Assembly: GCF_030684315.1 (NCBI RefSeq)
Contig: NC_081356.1
Location: 77,484,835 to 77,548,834 of the forward strand
Length of the DNA stretch: 64,000 bases
Source of the DNA: Stegostoma tigrinum
Lineage: Eukaryota
Direction of reading: 5' to 3'
In this document: piece by piece, positions 63,796 to 64,000 of the stretch
Numbering within the stretch: position 1 is the first letter of the stretch
How the letters are laid out: every line of letters begins with the position of its first letter
The notes under the pieces: model-generated
Databases searched by the model: none
Told to the model about the DNA's origin: nothing
Seen by the model: the letters and a program-made list of their open reading frames with translations, nothing else
Translations under genes and position numbers: made by a program

Positions 63796-64000
63796 ATTTT
63801 GAAGCTGGTGAAGTCCACATTGATACCATTGGGCTGCAGGGTTCCCAAGCGGAATATGAGTTGCTGTTCCTGCAACCTTCAGGTGGCATCATTGTGGCAC
63901 TGCAGGAGGCCCACGATGGACATGTCGTCTGAGGAATGGGAGGGGTAGTTGAAATGGTTCGCCACTGGGAGGTGCAGTTGTTTGTTGCGAACCGAGCGGA

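Larger units (their letters stand above)
63305..64000 (-). mobile_element. Penelope-like element 3' end (GIY-YIG tail plus terminal repeat), cut by window edge
   Basis: QEQQLIFRLGTLQPNGINVDF is homologous to the 45890 element; the terminus matches fragments at 31290-31375 and 55125-55205. Confidence 0.85.

Overview
Vertebrate genomic DNA, not prokaryotic. The repeat content (CR1 LINEs, HE1-type and Deu-type SINEs, Penelope-like elements) points to a cartilaginous fish, probably a shark; this is inference from repeat families. Three host genes can be built by hand. (1) CCDC112 is complete on + with 10 coding exons from 23504 to 47815; all introns are GT-AG, phases are consistent, and the CDS is 1488 nt (495 aa). 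(2) The first coding exon of PGGT1B lies on + at 53066-53184; the rest is beyond the window. (3) An unnamed two-exon gene on - (22868-22463 joined to 14987-14302, about 363 aa) encodes a Harbinger-type Myb/SANT domain, a Thr-periodic heptad coiled coil and a basic NLS-like tail. It sits head-to-head with CCDC112 across a 635-bp CpG-rich gap that holds a 37-bp minisatellite of NRF1-like sites. This putative domesticated-transposon gene and its shared promoter are the best candidate for something undescribed. The rest is mostly transposon relics: many CR1 fragments, one near-full-length CR1, several Penelope-like elements with hammerhead-ribozyme cores and inverted termini, a decayed Gypsy gag-pol, a Rex/Babar fragment, SINEs and a Tigger-like MITE. 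Repeat boundaries are approximate and exon boundaries were counted by hand. No database search was run; family assignments come from recalled motifs.
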